Positions 53,974 through 64,000 of a stretch of 64,000 bases of DNA are shown here, piece after piece. A program made the translations under genes and the position numbers. The stretch comes from Escherichia coli. GTDB lineage: Bacteria > Pseudomonadota > Gammaproteobacteria > Enterobacterales > Enterobacteriaceae. The notes under the pieces are model-generated. The model searched no databases and was not told the DNA's origin. It saw nothing but the letters and a program-made list of their open reading frames with translations. Every line of letters starts with the position of its first letter. Position 1 is the stretch's first letter. Location of the stretch: assembly GCF_003334315.1 (NCBI RefSeq), contig NZ_QOWR01000025.1. One strand, 5' to 3'.

Positions 53974-56217
53974 TTAGAAACGGAAGGTTGCGGTTGCAAC
54001 GACCTGACGTTCTGCGCCCCAGAAGCAGCCATAAGTGTTAAAGCAGCTGGCGACGTATTCACGATCGAACAGGTTGTTAACATGCAGCGCCACGTTGGAG
54101 CCAGCCATGCCGACTCGCGCCAGATCATAACGTACTAACGCATCCACGACCGTATAACTTCCCACTTTAAAGGAGTTAGCCGGATCACCATAGCTGGAGC
54201 CAGTATAACGACCACCGGTGCCCAGCGTCAGACCTGAAAGCGGACCGTCAAAGAAGGTATAGTCAGCCCACAGCGAAGCCATGTGTTTTGGCACCTGTGC
54301 AGGCGTATTGCCTTTATAGGTAGTATCGGTGGTGTATTCCGCATCGGTGTAAGTATAAGAACCGACTACGTTAACACTCGCCGACAGCGCCGCTTTCGCT
54401 TCGATTTCTACGCCACGTGCGCGGATCTCGCCACCTTCAACCGAGAAGAAGGAACCCTCAGGGTCCGCCATCAGGTTGTTGGTTTTAGTGAGATTATACA
54501 CGGCACCAGTAACTACAATCGGACGATCTTCCGGTACATATTTCACGCCGACTTCATACTGCTTACCTTTAGACGGTGCGAAAATATTACCATCCTTCCC
54601 AACTTGCGAAGAAGGTTCAAACGATTCGCTATAGCTGAAGTAAGGTGTTACACCATTATCAAACAGGTAGTTAACACCACCACGCCAGGTAAACTGTTTG
54701 TCATCACGTTTATCGGTCGTCCCGGCAACGCGGTTAAGAGATTCTTGATCTGCCCAGTCATAACGACCGCCCAGGGTGACCAGCACTTTATCCCACTGCG
54801 CCTGATCCTGAACATAAACGCCCGTTTGTTTCTGTTTATTCAGAATGCGGTAAGGGCCGGAGTTTGCCGGATCTTTGGCATTGAAGTCGAAATCGGTATT
54901 CACCGGATTGTACAGATTGAGCAGTGGCACAGAGTCGTCGTAACCAAACCAGGCGTTGATGTCATTACGCATACGCATAAAGTCGACACCGGTCAGCAGG
55001 GTGTGGTCGATATCGCCAGTGGCAAACTTGCTCTGCAACTGGGTATCAACGGAGAAGTTTTGCAGCTTCTCATCATCAACGACGTATTTACGTGCCAGAT
55101 AATGGCCTTTATCCGCTGGCGCTAATGCCGCACACTGTTTGCTGTAAGCATTCGCCGGATCGGAGCAGACGCCGTAACCATAAACGCTGTTTTGCGAGGT
55201 TTTGTTTTCAGCAAAGCGCAGGTTCTGACGCACAGTAAAGGTGTCGTTAAATTCGTGATCGAAGCTGTAGCCCACCATCTTCTCATTACGTGAATAGGTG
55301 TTGTTCTTCGCCCCTTCATTAAAGTCTGTCGGCAGACGCTTACCGTTCGGCAGCGGCTCAACGGTTCCCTCTTTCGGCAACCAGCCGTAATAACCGGTTT
55401 CCGGCTCGTTCTGGAAGTAAGAAAGGAAGGTGAAATTGGTTTTATCATCCGGACGCCAGGTGAACGCCGGTGCAATAGCATAACGCTGCTCTTCTGACCC
55501 TTTCTGCTGGGCATTGGCAGAACGCGCAAGACCGGTCAGGCGATAAGAGTAAACGCCGTCATCATCCAGCGCATCGCTAAAGTCAAAACCAGTCTGGAAC
55601 AGGCTGTCAGTACCGGCTTTAAACTGAACTTCTTTCAGCGGTTCGGTGGTCGGACGCTTGCTGACCATATTCAACAGACCGCCAGGACTGCTTTTACCGT
55701 AAAGCACGGAAACCGGGCCACGCATAATTTCAGCGCGTTCCAGCATATACGGATCAATGACCGCATCGTTATAGAAGTTGCCCTGCAACTTCAGGCCATT
55801 CAGATAGTTATTCTGGCTTTGGCCTTCTGCCGCAAAACCGCGAATGATCAGGTGGTCATAGGTGTTGGATGCGCCACGCGTACCAACAGAGACACCCGGC
55901 GTGTAGCTAAGCGCTTCTTTTACCGACTTCGGCTGATGCAGCGCCATCTCTTCGGCGGTCACAACAGAAATAGACTGTGGCACTTTTTGAATCGGCGTAT
56001 CGGTTTTAGTGCCGGTAGCTGACTGTCGCGCCGCAATAGTTGCAGCAGGCCCCCATGCGCTTTCTTGCGGCGCAGGTGCAGCGGTAACGGTGATAGTGTC
56101 TTCTTTCGGTTCAACCGCTGCCTGTGCATAAACAGACATGCCGCTAACCGCTGTGGCTACTACAACTGCGATTTTACGCAGTGAGTGTTTTGGCTGAGCA
56201 GTTTTGGAACGCGCCAT
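53974..56217 (-). CDS. fhuA: TonB-dependent ferrichrome outer-membrane transporter
   Basis: 747-aa ORF with signal peptide, plug domain and beta-barrel ending in a terminal F. Confidence 0.97.
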   Translation of the reverse strand: MARSKTAQPKHSLRKIAVVVATAVSGMSVYAQAAVEPKEDTITVTAAPAPQESAWGPAATIAARQSATGTKTDTPIQKVPQSISVVTAEEMALHQPKSVKEALSYTPGVSVGTRGASNTYDHLIIRGFAAEGQSQNNYLNGLKLQGNFYNDAVIDPYMLERAEIMRGPVSVLYGKSSPGGLLNMVSKRPTTEPLKEVQFKAGTDSLFQTGFDFSDALDDDGVYSYRLTGLARSANAQQKGSEEQRYAIAPAFTWRPDDKTNFTFLSYFQNEPETGYYGWLPKEGTVEPLPNGKRLPTDFNEGAKNNTYSRNEKMVGYSFDHEFNDTFTVRQNLRFAENKTSQNSVYGYGVCSDPANAYSKQCAALAPADKGHYLARKYVVDDEKLQNFSVDTQLQSKFATGDIDHTLLTGVDFMRMRNDINAWFGYDDSVPLLNLYNPVNTDFDFNAKDPANSGPYRILNKQKQTGVYVQDQAQWDKVLVTLGGRYDWADQESLNRVAGTTDKRDDKQFTWRGGVNYLFDNGVTPYFSYSESFEPSSQVGKDGNIFAPSKGKQYEVGVKYVPEDRPIVVTGAVYNLTKTNNLMADPEGSFFSVEGGEIRARGVEIEAKAALSASVNVVGSYTYTDAEYTTDTTYKGNTPAQVPKHMASLWADYTFFDGPLSGLTLGTGGRYTGSSYGDPANSFKVGSYTVVDALVRYDLARVGMAGSNVALHVNNLFDREYVASCFNTYGCFWGAERQVVATATFRF

Positions 56218-56239
56218 TGGTATATCTCTGATGTAAAGT

Positions 56240-56290
56240 GAATGATAACGTAAACGAGAATGATTATTATAAAGATAAGATAATATTCGA
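56240..56290. promoter_or_regulatory. Fur box(es) in the fhuA promoter
   Basis: AT-rich hexamer arrays tgaatgataacg and gagaatgattattataaagataagataatattc resembling the Fur consensus GATAATGATAATCATTATC, 25-70 bp upstream of the fhuA start. Confidence 0.65.
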
Positions 56291-56396
56291 AACGCTGGCG
56301 GGTTCGCAAGCGGTACGCAATCTGAGCGTTCCTGAAGGGTTAATAAACAACCAGATGAAAAGAAAGGGTTAATACTTTGGGTGGGATGTTATTTTA

Positions 56397-56421
56397 CCGG
56401 ATGGCAACTCGCCATCCGGTA
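56397..56421 (-). terminator. hairpin after mrcB
   Basis: accggatggcaactcgccatccggt perfect inverted repeat 16 bp past the mrcB stop; no strong U tract. Confidence 0.45.
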
Positions 56422-56436
56422 TTTCACGTTTAGACG

Positions 56437-58962
56437 TTAATTACTACCAAACATATCTTTAATCCAACCGGCTACACCGTCGCTGTCTTTCTGCTCTTGC
56501 TGAGCAGGTTGCTGTTGCTGCGGCTGAGAAGACTGATCAAACGGATTGCCTGACGGTTGCTGCTGCATCTCACTCTGCTGGCACAGCGATTGCGGATCGC
56601 TGGTCCAGACCGGCAAGACACGCATGCCACCGCTGCAAACAAAGTTGCCGTCGTAGTCCACGCCCATATCTGCAATATCTTCTGGCGGAACAAGATTCAG
56701 CGGTGTTGGCGTCTGGTTAGCCAGATAACGCTGATAAATCGACATTGCCCCGCTGGCTCCATACAGTTTGGTCGGCTGGTTGTTATCACGGCCTACCCAG
56801 GTGATGGTCACCGTGCTGCCGTCAATGCCCGCAAACCAGGTATCTACGTTATTGTTGGTAGTCCCTGTTTTCCCTGCCAGATGCAGGTTCGGGTATTTCG
56901 CCCCAAGCTGACGACCCGTACCGCGTTGTACAACCTGCTGCATGGTCCATAGTGTCAGATACGCCGCCTGCGCCGGAACAGCGCGTTCCGCCTGCGGGAA
57001 GCTCTGATACAGCACTTTGCCATCTTCCGCGATTACCGAACGCAGTGCAGAAAGCGGTGCACGGTTACCACCGCTGGCGATGGTCTGGAATGCCTGCGCC
57101 ACTTCGATTGGCGTTAAGTTCAACGCCCCCAGCAGCATCGCCGGAACCGGATGCAACTGATCTTTCGGTACGCCCAGTTTGATCCAGGTCTCCGTAACCG
57201 CAGGCAGCCCCAGCGCCATCCCCAGATTTACCGTCGGCACGTTCATCGAACGGGTCAACGCATCCACCAGCATCACTCTGCCACTTTCGCTATAACGACG
57301 ATCATCGTTCTGCGGTGACCAGACCTGGCCATTCGGCTGACGCAGCGCAATTGGCGCATCCGCAATCCACGTATTCAGACGATAGATTTTCGGCTGGCTT
57401 AAGGCCGTCAGATAAGTCGCTGGTTTTGCAAGGGAACCAATCGAACGACGCGCCTGCATCGCACGGTTGTAGCCCGCAAACTGCGGCTCAGAACCTCCGA
57501 CCATCGCACGAACTTCACCACTAAAGCGGTCGACGACCACAATCGCAGTTTCAAGATCGCTCAACTTACGCTGTTTCTTCAGTGCAGGAATGCCTTCCAC
57601 GGCGGCTTTTTCTGCCGCGTCCTGGGCCACCGAGTCAAAGGTAGTGAAGATCTTCACGCCGGAGAGATCTTTTACCTTATCGCCTAATTTCGCTTGCAGC
57701 TCCTGACGCACCAATTGCATAAAGGCTGGCTGTGGAGAGATTACCCCACCGCGCGGCTGAACCCCCAGCGGACGCGCACTCAACATGTCATAGAGTTCTT
57801 GATCAATAATCTGTTGCTGTTGCAGCAGACGCAGCACCAGATTACGTCGCTCCAGCGCCAGTTTCGGGTTACGCCACGGGTTGTAGATGGACGCTCCTTT
57901 CACCATACCGACTAACAGTGCCTGCTGATCGAGGCTTAGCTCTTCTACCGGGCGACCAAAGTAATACAAGCTCGCCAGCGGGAAGCCACGGATTTCGTTG
58001 TCGCCGCTCTGACCGAGATACACCTCGTTCATATACAGCTCAAGAATACGGTCTTTGCTGTAACGCGCGTCCATGATCAGCGCCATGTAAGCTTCGTTCG
58101 CTTTACGCCAGTAAGAACGCTCGCTGGAGAGGAACAGGTTTTTCACCAGCTGTTGCGTCAGCGTACTCGCACCCTGTACCGTGCGTCCGGCGGTCAGGTT
58201 TGCCAGCACCGCACGTCCGATTGAGTAGAGACTGATTCCATCATGCTCGTAAAAATGACGGTCTTCTGTCGCCAGCAAAGTATCCACCAGCAAATCCGGG
58301 AAACCACTGCGCGGCACAAACAGACGCTGCTCACCGTTTGGCGAAGAGATCATGGTGATCAGACGCGGATCAAGACGGAAGAAACCGAACTGACGGTTGT
58401 TCTCCATATTGACGATCGTCGCCAGATGATCGCCATCAAAGGTCAGACGCGCGCGCACCTGTCCTTCTTTACTGTCCGGGAAATCAAACGGACGGCGAAT
58501 CATCTCAATGCTGTTGGCCTGCACGGTAAATTCGCCAGGACGGGTCATTTTCGACACCTGACGATACTGGGTCGCCTCCAGCAGCTTCACCATCTCGTTC
58601 TTGCTGATGGTCATGTCTGGCTCAAGATTGACCATTCGGCCATAAACTGCCGCAGGCAGTTGCCAGACCTTGCCATCAATACGGCTACGAATTTTTTGAT
58701 CGAGATAAACGCCGTAAATGGCGATCAGCACGGCAAAAACGATAGCCAGTTTTAGCAGTAGCCATAGCCAGCCGCGTTTGCCACGAGGCTTACGCCCTTT
58801 GCCTTTGCCCTTACCTTTGCGCGGCATCGGTTCTTCATCCTCATAGTCATCATAATCGTCGTAATCATCGTCATCTTCGTAACGACGACGGCTTACCTTT
58901 TGTTTGACCGGACGCGTCGGTTTCCCTTTGCGTCCAATTGGCTCGCGGTCATTCCCGGTCAT
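56437..58962 (-). CDS. mrcB: penicillin-binding protein 1B (bifunctional glycosyltransferase/transpeptidase)
   Basis: Called from the ATG at 58960-58962 (MTGNDREP..., 841 codons); the in-frame ORF continues 5 codons upstream to a TTG. Has an acidic DDY / basic GKG repeat N-terminus, a TM helix, and GT51 and transpeptidase domains. Confidence 0.92.
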   Translation of the reverse strand: MTGNDREPIGRKGKPTRPVKQKVSRRRYEDDDDYDDYDDYEDEEPMPRKGKGKGKGRKPRGKRGWLWLLLKLAIVFAVLIAIYGVYLDQKIRSRIDGKVWQLPAAVYGRMVNLEPDMTISKNEMVKLLEATQYRQVSKMTRPGEFTVQANSIEMIRRPFDFPDSKEGQVRARLTFDGDHLATIVNMENNRQFGFFRLDPRLITMISSPNGEQRLFVPRSGFPDLLVDTLLATEDRHFYEHDGISLYSIGRAVLANLTAGRTVQGASTLTQQLVKNLFLSSERSYWRKANEAYMALIMDARYSKDRILELYMNEVYLGQSGDNEIRGFPLASLYYFGRPVEELSLDQQALLVGMVKGASIYNPWRNPKLALERRNLVLRLLQQQQIIDQELYDMLSARPLGVQPRGGVISPQPAFMQLVRQELQAKLGDKVKDLSGVKIFTTFDSVAQDAAEKAAVEGIPALKKQRKLSDLETAIVVVDRFSGEVRAMVGGSEPQFAGYNRAMQARRSIGSLAKPATYLTALSQPKIYRLNTWIADAPIALRQPNGQVWSPQNDDRRYSESGRVMLVDALTRSMNVPTVNLGMALGLPAVTETWIKLGVPKDQLHPVPAMLLGALNLTPIEVAQAFQTIASGGNRAPLSALRSVIAEDGKVLYQSFPQAERAVPAQAAYLTLWTMQQVVQRGTGRQLGAKYPNLHLAGKTGTTNNNVDTWFAGIDGSTVTITWVGRDNNQPTKLYGASGAMSIYQRYLANQTPTPLNLVPPEDIADMGVDYDGNFVCSGGMRVLPVWTSDPQSLCQQSEMQQQPSGNPFDQSSQPQQQQPAQQEQKDSDGVAGWIKDMFGSN

Positions 58963-59059
58963 GCTTTTTCTCCGCAATATTCAGGCGCAAAAGCCCGATT
59001 TTCTGTTCTTCTGTTACAAGACAGAAGAAGATATCTCTCAAAATTTGTGCTCGATCGGT

Positions 59060-59145
59060 CCCCTCTCCCTTGAGGGAGAGGGTTAGGGTGAGGGTGAACG
59101 TGCGCGCTGATGCCCTCACCCCGGCCCTCTCCCACAGGGAGAGGG
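59060..59145. repeat. GC-rich triple-hairpin intergenic element (possible small dispersed repeat, BoxC-like)
   Basis: Three nested perfect palindromes: ccctctccct/agggagaggg (59061-59082), gggtgaggg...ccctcaccc (59085-59121) and ccctctccc-aca-gggagaggg (59124-59144), between the hrpB stop and the mrcB start. Confidence 0.6.
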
Positions 59146-59157
59146 AGAAAACCAACC

Positions 59158-61587
59158 TTACGAATACTTTTTCGTCCGTCGCGTCGGTGCAGTATTTGCC
59201 GGGTCGTCCGGCCAGACATGTTTGGGATAACGCCCTTTCATCTCTTTTTGCACCTCACGGTACGCTCCTTTCCAGAAGGCGCTCAAATCTCGTGTGATTT
59301 GTAATGGCCTTTGGGCAGGTGAAAGCAACTCCAGCACCAGCGGCACGCGCCCCTGGGCGATCGTCGGATTGGTGGCCTCGCCAAACATCTCTTGCATTCT
59401 CACCGCCAGCGCGGGCGGGTTATCTTCATGATAACGAATGGCGATCCGGCTTCCCGTCGGCACAGTGTAATGCGCAGGCAATTCACTATCCAGACGTTGC
59501 TGCATTCCCCAATCAAGTAATCCGCGTAGTGCCTGATAAATGTCGAGTGATTTCAGGCCGCGTAGTGAATGTACGCCAGTCATATGTGGCAGCAGCCACG
59601 TTTCCAGCGCTGCCAATAAACTTTCATCATCAACCGCTGGCCAGTCATATTCCGGCAACCACTTTGCGGCGCATAACAAACGCAAGCGTAGCTGTTCCGC
59701 TTCCGCCGTCCAGTTGAGCACGCTTAAACCTTTATCACGGATGCCATTAAGCATCGCCTGATGCAACTCGTCTTCTGACGGTTTCGCCAGCGGCTGCACT
59801 TTCACCGTCAACTGACCGATTTGTAGCCGACGCCAGGCTTTCAGCGTACCTTGCGCGTCATCCCACTCCACAGTGTCAGACTGCTGTACCAGCTGCGGGC
59901 AGCGTTGTACTAACTCATCAATATCGACCAGCAGCGCCAGTAAAATCCGCGCATCCGGCGAGGCGCTGCCCTGCAATAATAACGGTGCGATCAACCATTC
60001 GTGGCGGCTTAGCGCGTCGTTGGCATCGAGCATCGCTCCCATGCCGTTTGCCAGTTGATAGCGTCCATCTTGCCCACGGCGACGAGCAATGCGATCGGCA
60101 AACGCCCCGGCAAGTAGCGGCGCGATAAGCGAACTGTCTGCCTCACCGCCACGTACGTTTAAGCGTTTTAACAGTTGCTGACTACGTTGCTGCCAGGCTG
60201 GTTGATTGCGCGAAAACGCCACGCCCAGGTCACTATTGCCCATCCGTGGCGGCTCTTCGAGAATGGCGGCAATTTTTGCCGCGGTAGCAGCTTCGTCGTC
60301 GTTCTTCGCGCTAACCAGCATTGCCGCTAAACGCGGATCGTTACCCAGCGCTGCCATTTTTTGCCCTTGCGCACTAAGCCGTTCACCCTCCAGTGCCCCC
60401 AGCATTTGTAACAGACGTTTCGCGGCCAGTAGATTCACTACTGGCGGTTGATCCAGCCAGCTCATCTGCGCCGGATCGCTGCATCCCCATTGCAGTAATT
60501 CCATCAGCAAACCGGAAAGATCGCTTTGTAAGATCTCCGGTTCACTTTGCGCCGCGGCGCGTTCTGCTTGTTCTTTGGCGATTAAATGCAGGCTGATACC
60601 CGGCTCCAGACGCCCGGCGCGCCCGGCACGCTGCGTCATGGATGCCTGGCTAACGCGTTGAGTAATCAGTCGCGTAAGCCCCGTGCGCGGATCAAAACGC
60701 GCCACACGCTCCTGGGCACAATCCACCACCAGACGAATACCTTCAATGGTTAAACTGGTTTCAGCAATATTGGTCGCCAGCACCACTTTGCGCATCCCTT
60801 GCGGTGCCGGGAGGATCGCTTTTCGCTGATCGTTCAGCGACAACGCGCCATACAGCGGGCAGAGCAATACATCACTGCCGATGCGCGAAGCCAGTTGTTC
60901 CTGCACACGCTGAATTTCTCCGACGCCAGGTAAAAATAACAGTAATGATCCGCTTTCCTGACGCAGCATTTCAGCGGTGGCTACCGCAACGGCATCGTCA
61001 AAACGCTGATGCGCGGGCAGCGGTAAATAACGGCGTTCAACCGGAAACGAGCGCCCTTCTGAGATGACGACAGGCGCTTCTGGCAGCATTTGCTGCAAGC
61101 GGTCGTTGTCCAGGGTAGCCGACATAATCAGCAGTTTAAGGTCATCACGCAGACCTTGTTGCACATCGAGTAACAGCGCCAACGCCAAATCCGCCTGCAA
61201 GCTGCGCTCATGAAATTCATCAAGGATCACCAGTCCAACACCGCTCAGTTCCGGGTCACGCTGGATCATGCGCGTCAGCACGCCTTCGGTAACCACTTCC
61301 AGGCGGGTATTCGGCCCGACGCAGTTTTGCGCACGCATCCGGTAGCCAACGGTATCGCCTGGCTTTTCGTTAAGCAGCTCCGCCAGCCGTTGCGCGACGT
61401 TACGCGCCGCCAGACGACGCGGCTCCAGCAGGATAATTTTCCCGTTAATGCCGGGATGCGCCAGCAGTTGCAGCGGCAGCCAGGTTGATTTCCCGGCCCC
61501 GGTCGGCGCACTTAATAATACCTGCGGCGCACAATCGAGAGCGGTAAGTAATTCAGGTAAGACGGCAGCAACGGGCAACGACGACAC
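59158..61587 (-). CDS. hrpB: ATP-dependent RNA helicase HrpB (DEAH-box)
   Basis: 809 aa from GTG (complement of 61585-61587) with RBS ggag upstream; Walker A TGAGKST and DEFH motif; the ORF track's ATG start adds 15 codons. Confidence 0.9.
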   Translation of the reverse strand: MSSLPVAAVLPELLTALDCAPQVLLSAPTGAGKSTWLPLQLLAHPGINGKIILLEPRRLAARNVAQRLAELLNEKPGDTVGYRMRAQNCVGPNTRLEVVTEGVLTRMIQRDPELSGVGLVILDEFHERSLQADLALALLLDVQQGLRDDLKLLIMSATLDNDRLQQMLPEAPVVISEGRSFPVERRYLPLPAHQRFDDAVAVATAEMLRQESGSLLLFLPGVGEIQRVQEQLASRIGSDVLLCPLYGALSLNDQRKAILPAPQGMRKVVLATNIAETSLTIEGIRLVVDCAQERVARFDPRTGLTRLITQRVSQASMTQRAGRAGRLEPGISLHLIAKEQAERAAAQSEPEILQSDLSGLLMELLQWGCSDPAQMSWLDQPPVVNLLAAKRLLQMLGALEGERLSAQGQKMAALGNDPRLAAMLVSAKNDDEAATAAKIAAILEEPPRMGNSDLGVAFSRNQPAWQQRSQQLLKRLNVRGGEADSSLIAPLLAGAFADRIARRRGQDGRYQLANGMGAMLDANDALSRHEWLIAPLLLQGSASPDARILLALLVDIDELVQRCPQLVQQSDTVEWDDAQGTLKAWRRLQIGQLTVKVQPLAKPSEDELHQAMLNGIRDKGLSVLNWTAEAEQLRLRLLCAAKWLPEYDWPAVDDESLLAALETWLLPHMTGVHSLRGLKSLDIYQALRGLLDWGMQQRLDSELPAHYTVPTGSRIAIRYHEDNPPALAVRMQEMFGEATNPTIAQGRVPLVLELLSPAQRPLQITRDLSAFWKGAYREVQKEMKGRYPKHVWPDDPANTAPTRRTKKYS

Positions 61588-61660
61588 AAAACGCTCCAGA
61601 GGGTTAACATTCTTCGCGCCACATTGTAGCATCGCGGTAATTCATAACCGAGTGCCTCAC

Positions 61661-62910
<1,250 letters not shown>

Positions 62911-63087
62911 TAAAGTAAGTAACTGGTTAATTTACATTCTGGTCGCGTGCGCAAATACGCTTTTCCTCACACAGTTGTCAAGTGTTACGTTTAGATAATT
63001 GCTATCCGGAAAAGCATCTGCTATTTATAGCGGCCTCATTTTTCCCCCGAACATGGGGATCGATAGTGCGTGTTAAGGAGAAGCAAC

Positions 63088-63543
63088 ATGCAAGAAGGGC
63101 AAAACCGTAAAACATCGTCCCTGAGTATTCTCGCCATCGCTGGGGTGGAACCATATCAGGAGAAGCCGGGCGAAGAGTATATGAATGAAGCCCAGCTGGC
63201 GCACTTCCGTCGTATTCTGGAAGCATGGCGTAATCAACTCAGGGATGAAGTCGATCGCACCGTTACACATATGCAGGATGAAGCAGCCAACTTCCCGGAC
63301 CCGGTAGACCGTGCAGCCCAGGAAGAAGAGTTCAGCCTCGAACTGCGTAACCGCGATCGCGAGCGTAAGCTGATCAAAAAGATCGAGAAGACGCTGAAAA
63401 AAGTGGAAGACGAAGATTTCGGCTACTGCGAATCCTGCGGTGTTGAAATTGGTATTCGCCGTCTGGAAGCGCGCCCGACAGCCGATCTGTGCATCGACTG
63501 CAAAACGCTGGCTGAAATTCGCGAAAAACAGATGGCTGGCTAA
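63088..63543 (+). CDS. dksA: RNA polymerase-binding transcription factor DksA
   Basis: 151 aa from MQEGQNRK with the C4 zinc finger [25 protein letters not shown]; the ORF track adds 6 upstream codons. Confidence 0.95.
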   Translation: MQEGQNRKTSSLSILAIAGVEPYQEKPGEEYMNEAQLAHFRRILEAWRNQLRDEVDRTVTHMQDEAANFPDPVDRAAQEEEFSLELRNRDRERKLIKKIEKTLKKVEDEDFGYCESCGVEIGIRRLEARPTADLCIDCKTLAEIREKQMAG

Positions 63544-63570
63544 TTACAGCCGTTCCATCACGTTTACCAC

Positions 63571-63599
63571 AGGCGGGAAATGCTCCCGCCTTATTTTTT
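63571..63599 (+). terminator. intrinsic terminator between dksA and gluQ
   Basis: Hairpin ggcgggaaatgctcccgcc followed by ttatttttt, 28 bp after the dksA stop and immediately before the gluQ start. Confidence 0.8.
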
Positions 63600-63609
63600 G
63601 TTCAAAGAG

Positions 63610-64000
63610 ATGACAGACACACAGTATATTGGCCGCTTCGCCCCCTCTCCTTCCGGCGAGCTTCATTTTGGCTCTCTGATCGCCGCGCTCGGCAGCTATT
63701 TGCAGGCTCGCGCCCGGCAAGGTCGCTGGCTGGTACGCATAGAAGATATCGACCCGCCTCGTGAAGTTCCCGGTGCCGCAGAAACTATCCTGCGCCAGCT
63801 GGAACATTACGGTCTGCACTGGGACGGCGATGTTCTCTGGCAATCGCAACGTCACGACGCCTATCGTGAAGCACTCGCCTGGTTACATGAACAAGGACTA
63901 AGTTATTACTGCACCTGTACGCGTGCGCGTATTCAAAGCATTGGCGGTATTTACGACGGTCATTGCCGGGTGTTGCATCATGGACCAGACAGCGCCGCAG
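63610..64000 (+). CDS. gluQ: glutamyl-Q tRNA(Asp) synthetase (5' part; truncated by window end)
   Basis: ATG at 63610 opens a frame reading [22 protein letters not shown]..., a class I aaRS HIGH-type motif characteristic of GluQ-RS; it runs off the window. Confidence 0.85.
   Translation, partial: MTDTQYIGRFAPSPSGELHFGSLIAALGSYLQARARQGRWLVRIEDIDPPREVPGAAETILRQLEHYGLHWDGDVLWQSQRHDAYREALAWLHEQGLSYYCTCTRARIQSIGGIYDGHCRVLHHGPDSAA

Noticed and set aside
58963-58977. Five-codon upstream extension of mrcB from an in-frame TTG (MRRKS...)
   Set aside because: The conserved PBP1b N-terminus begins at the ATG (M-T/A-GNDREP); there is no convincing Shine-Dalgarno before the TTG, so the ATG start is preferred. 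Kept as a note inside the mrcB finding.

Overview
This window reads as a conserved enterobacterial (Escherichia coli-type) core-chromosome segment, and I found no evidence of a novel or undescribed system in it. Gene order, orientation and ORF lengths match, gene for gene, the well-known locus running from the rrnH promoter/gmhB through metNIQ, rcsF, tsaA, proS, nlpE, arfB, tilS, ldcC, accA, dnaE, the lipid A/outer-membrane cluster (rnhB-lpxB-lpxA-fabZ-lpxD-skp-bamA-rseP-cdsA-uppS-dxr), frr, pyrH, tsf, rpsB, map, glnD, dapD, cdaR, degP, dgt, mtn, btuF, clcA, hemL, fhuBDCA, mrcB, hrpB, thpR, sfsA and dksA to the start of gluQ. All gene identifications are from reading the supplied translations against remembered protein families; no database search was run. 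Intergenic spaces are short and are accounted for by recognisable promoters, intrinsic terminators and REP/BIME repeats. I saw no integrase, transposase, CRISPR array, tRNA gene, phage or defence-like genes, and every long ORF that is not a known gene lies antisense inside a known gene. The findings are therefore modest: a GC-rich triple-palindrome element between hrpB and mrcB, a repeat-coding tract at the mrcB 5' end with a possible 3-codon length difference, the rRNA operon promoters at the window edge, structured leaders and terminators around rpsB-tsf, and several non-ATG starts and overlapping gene junctions.
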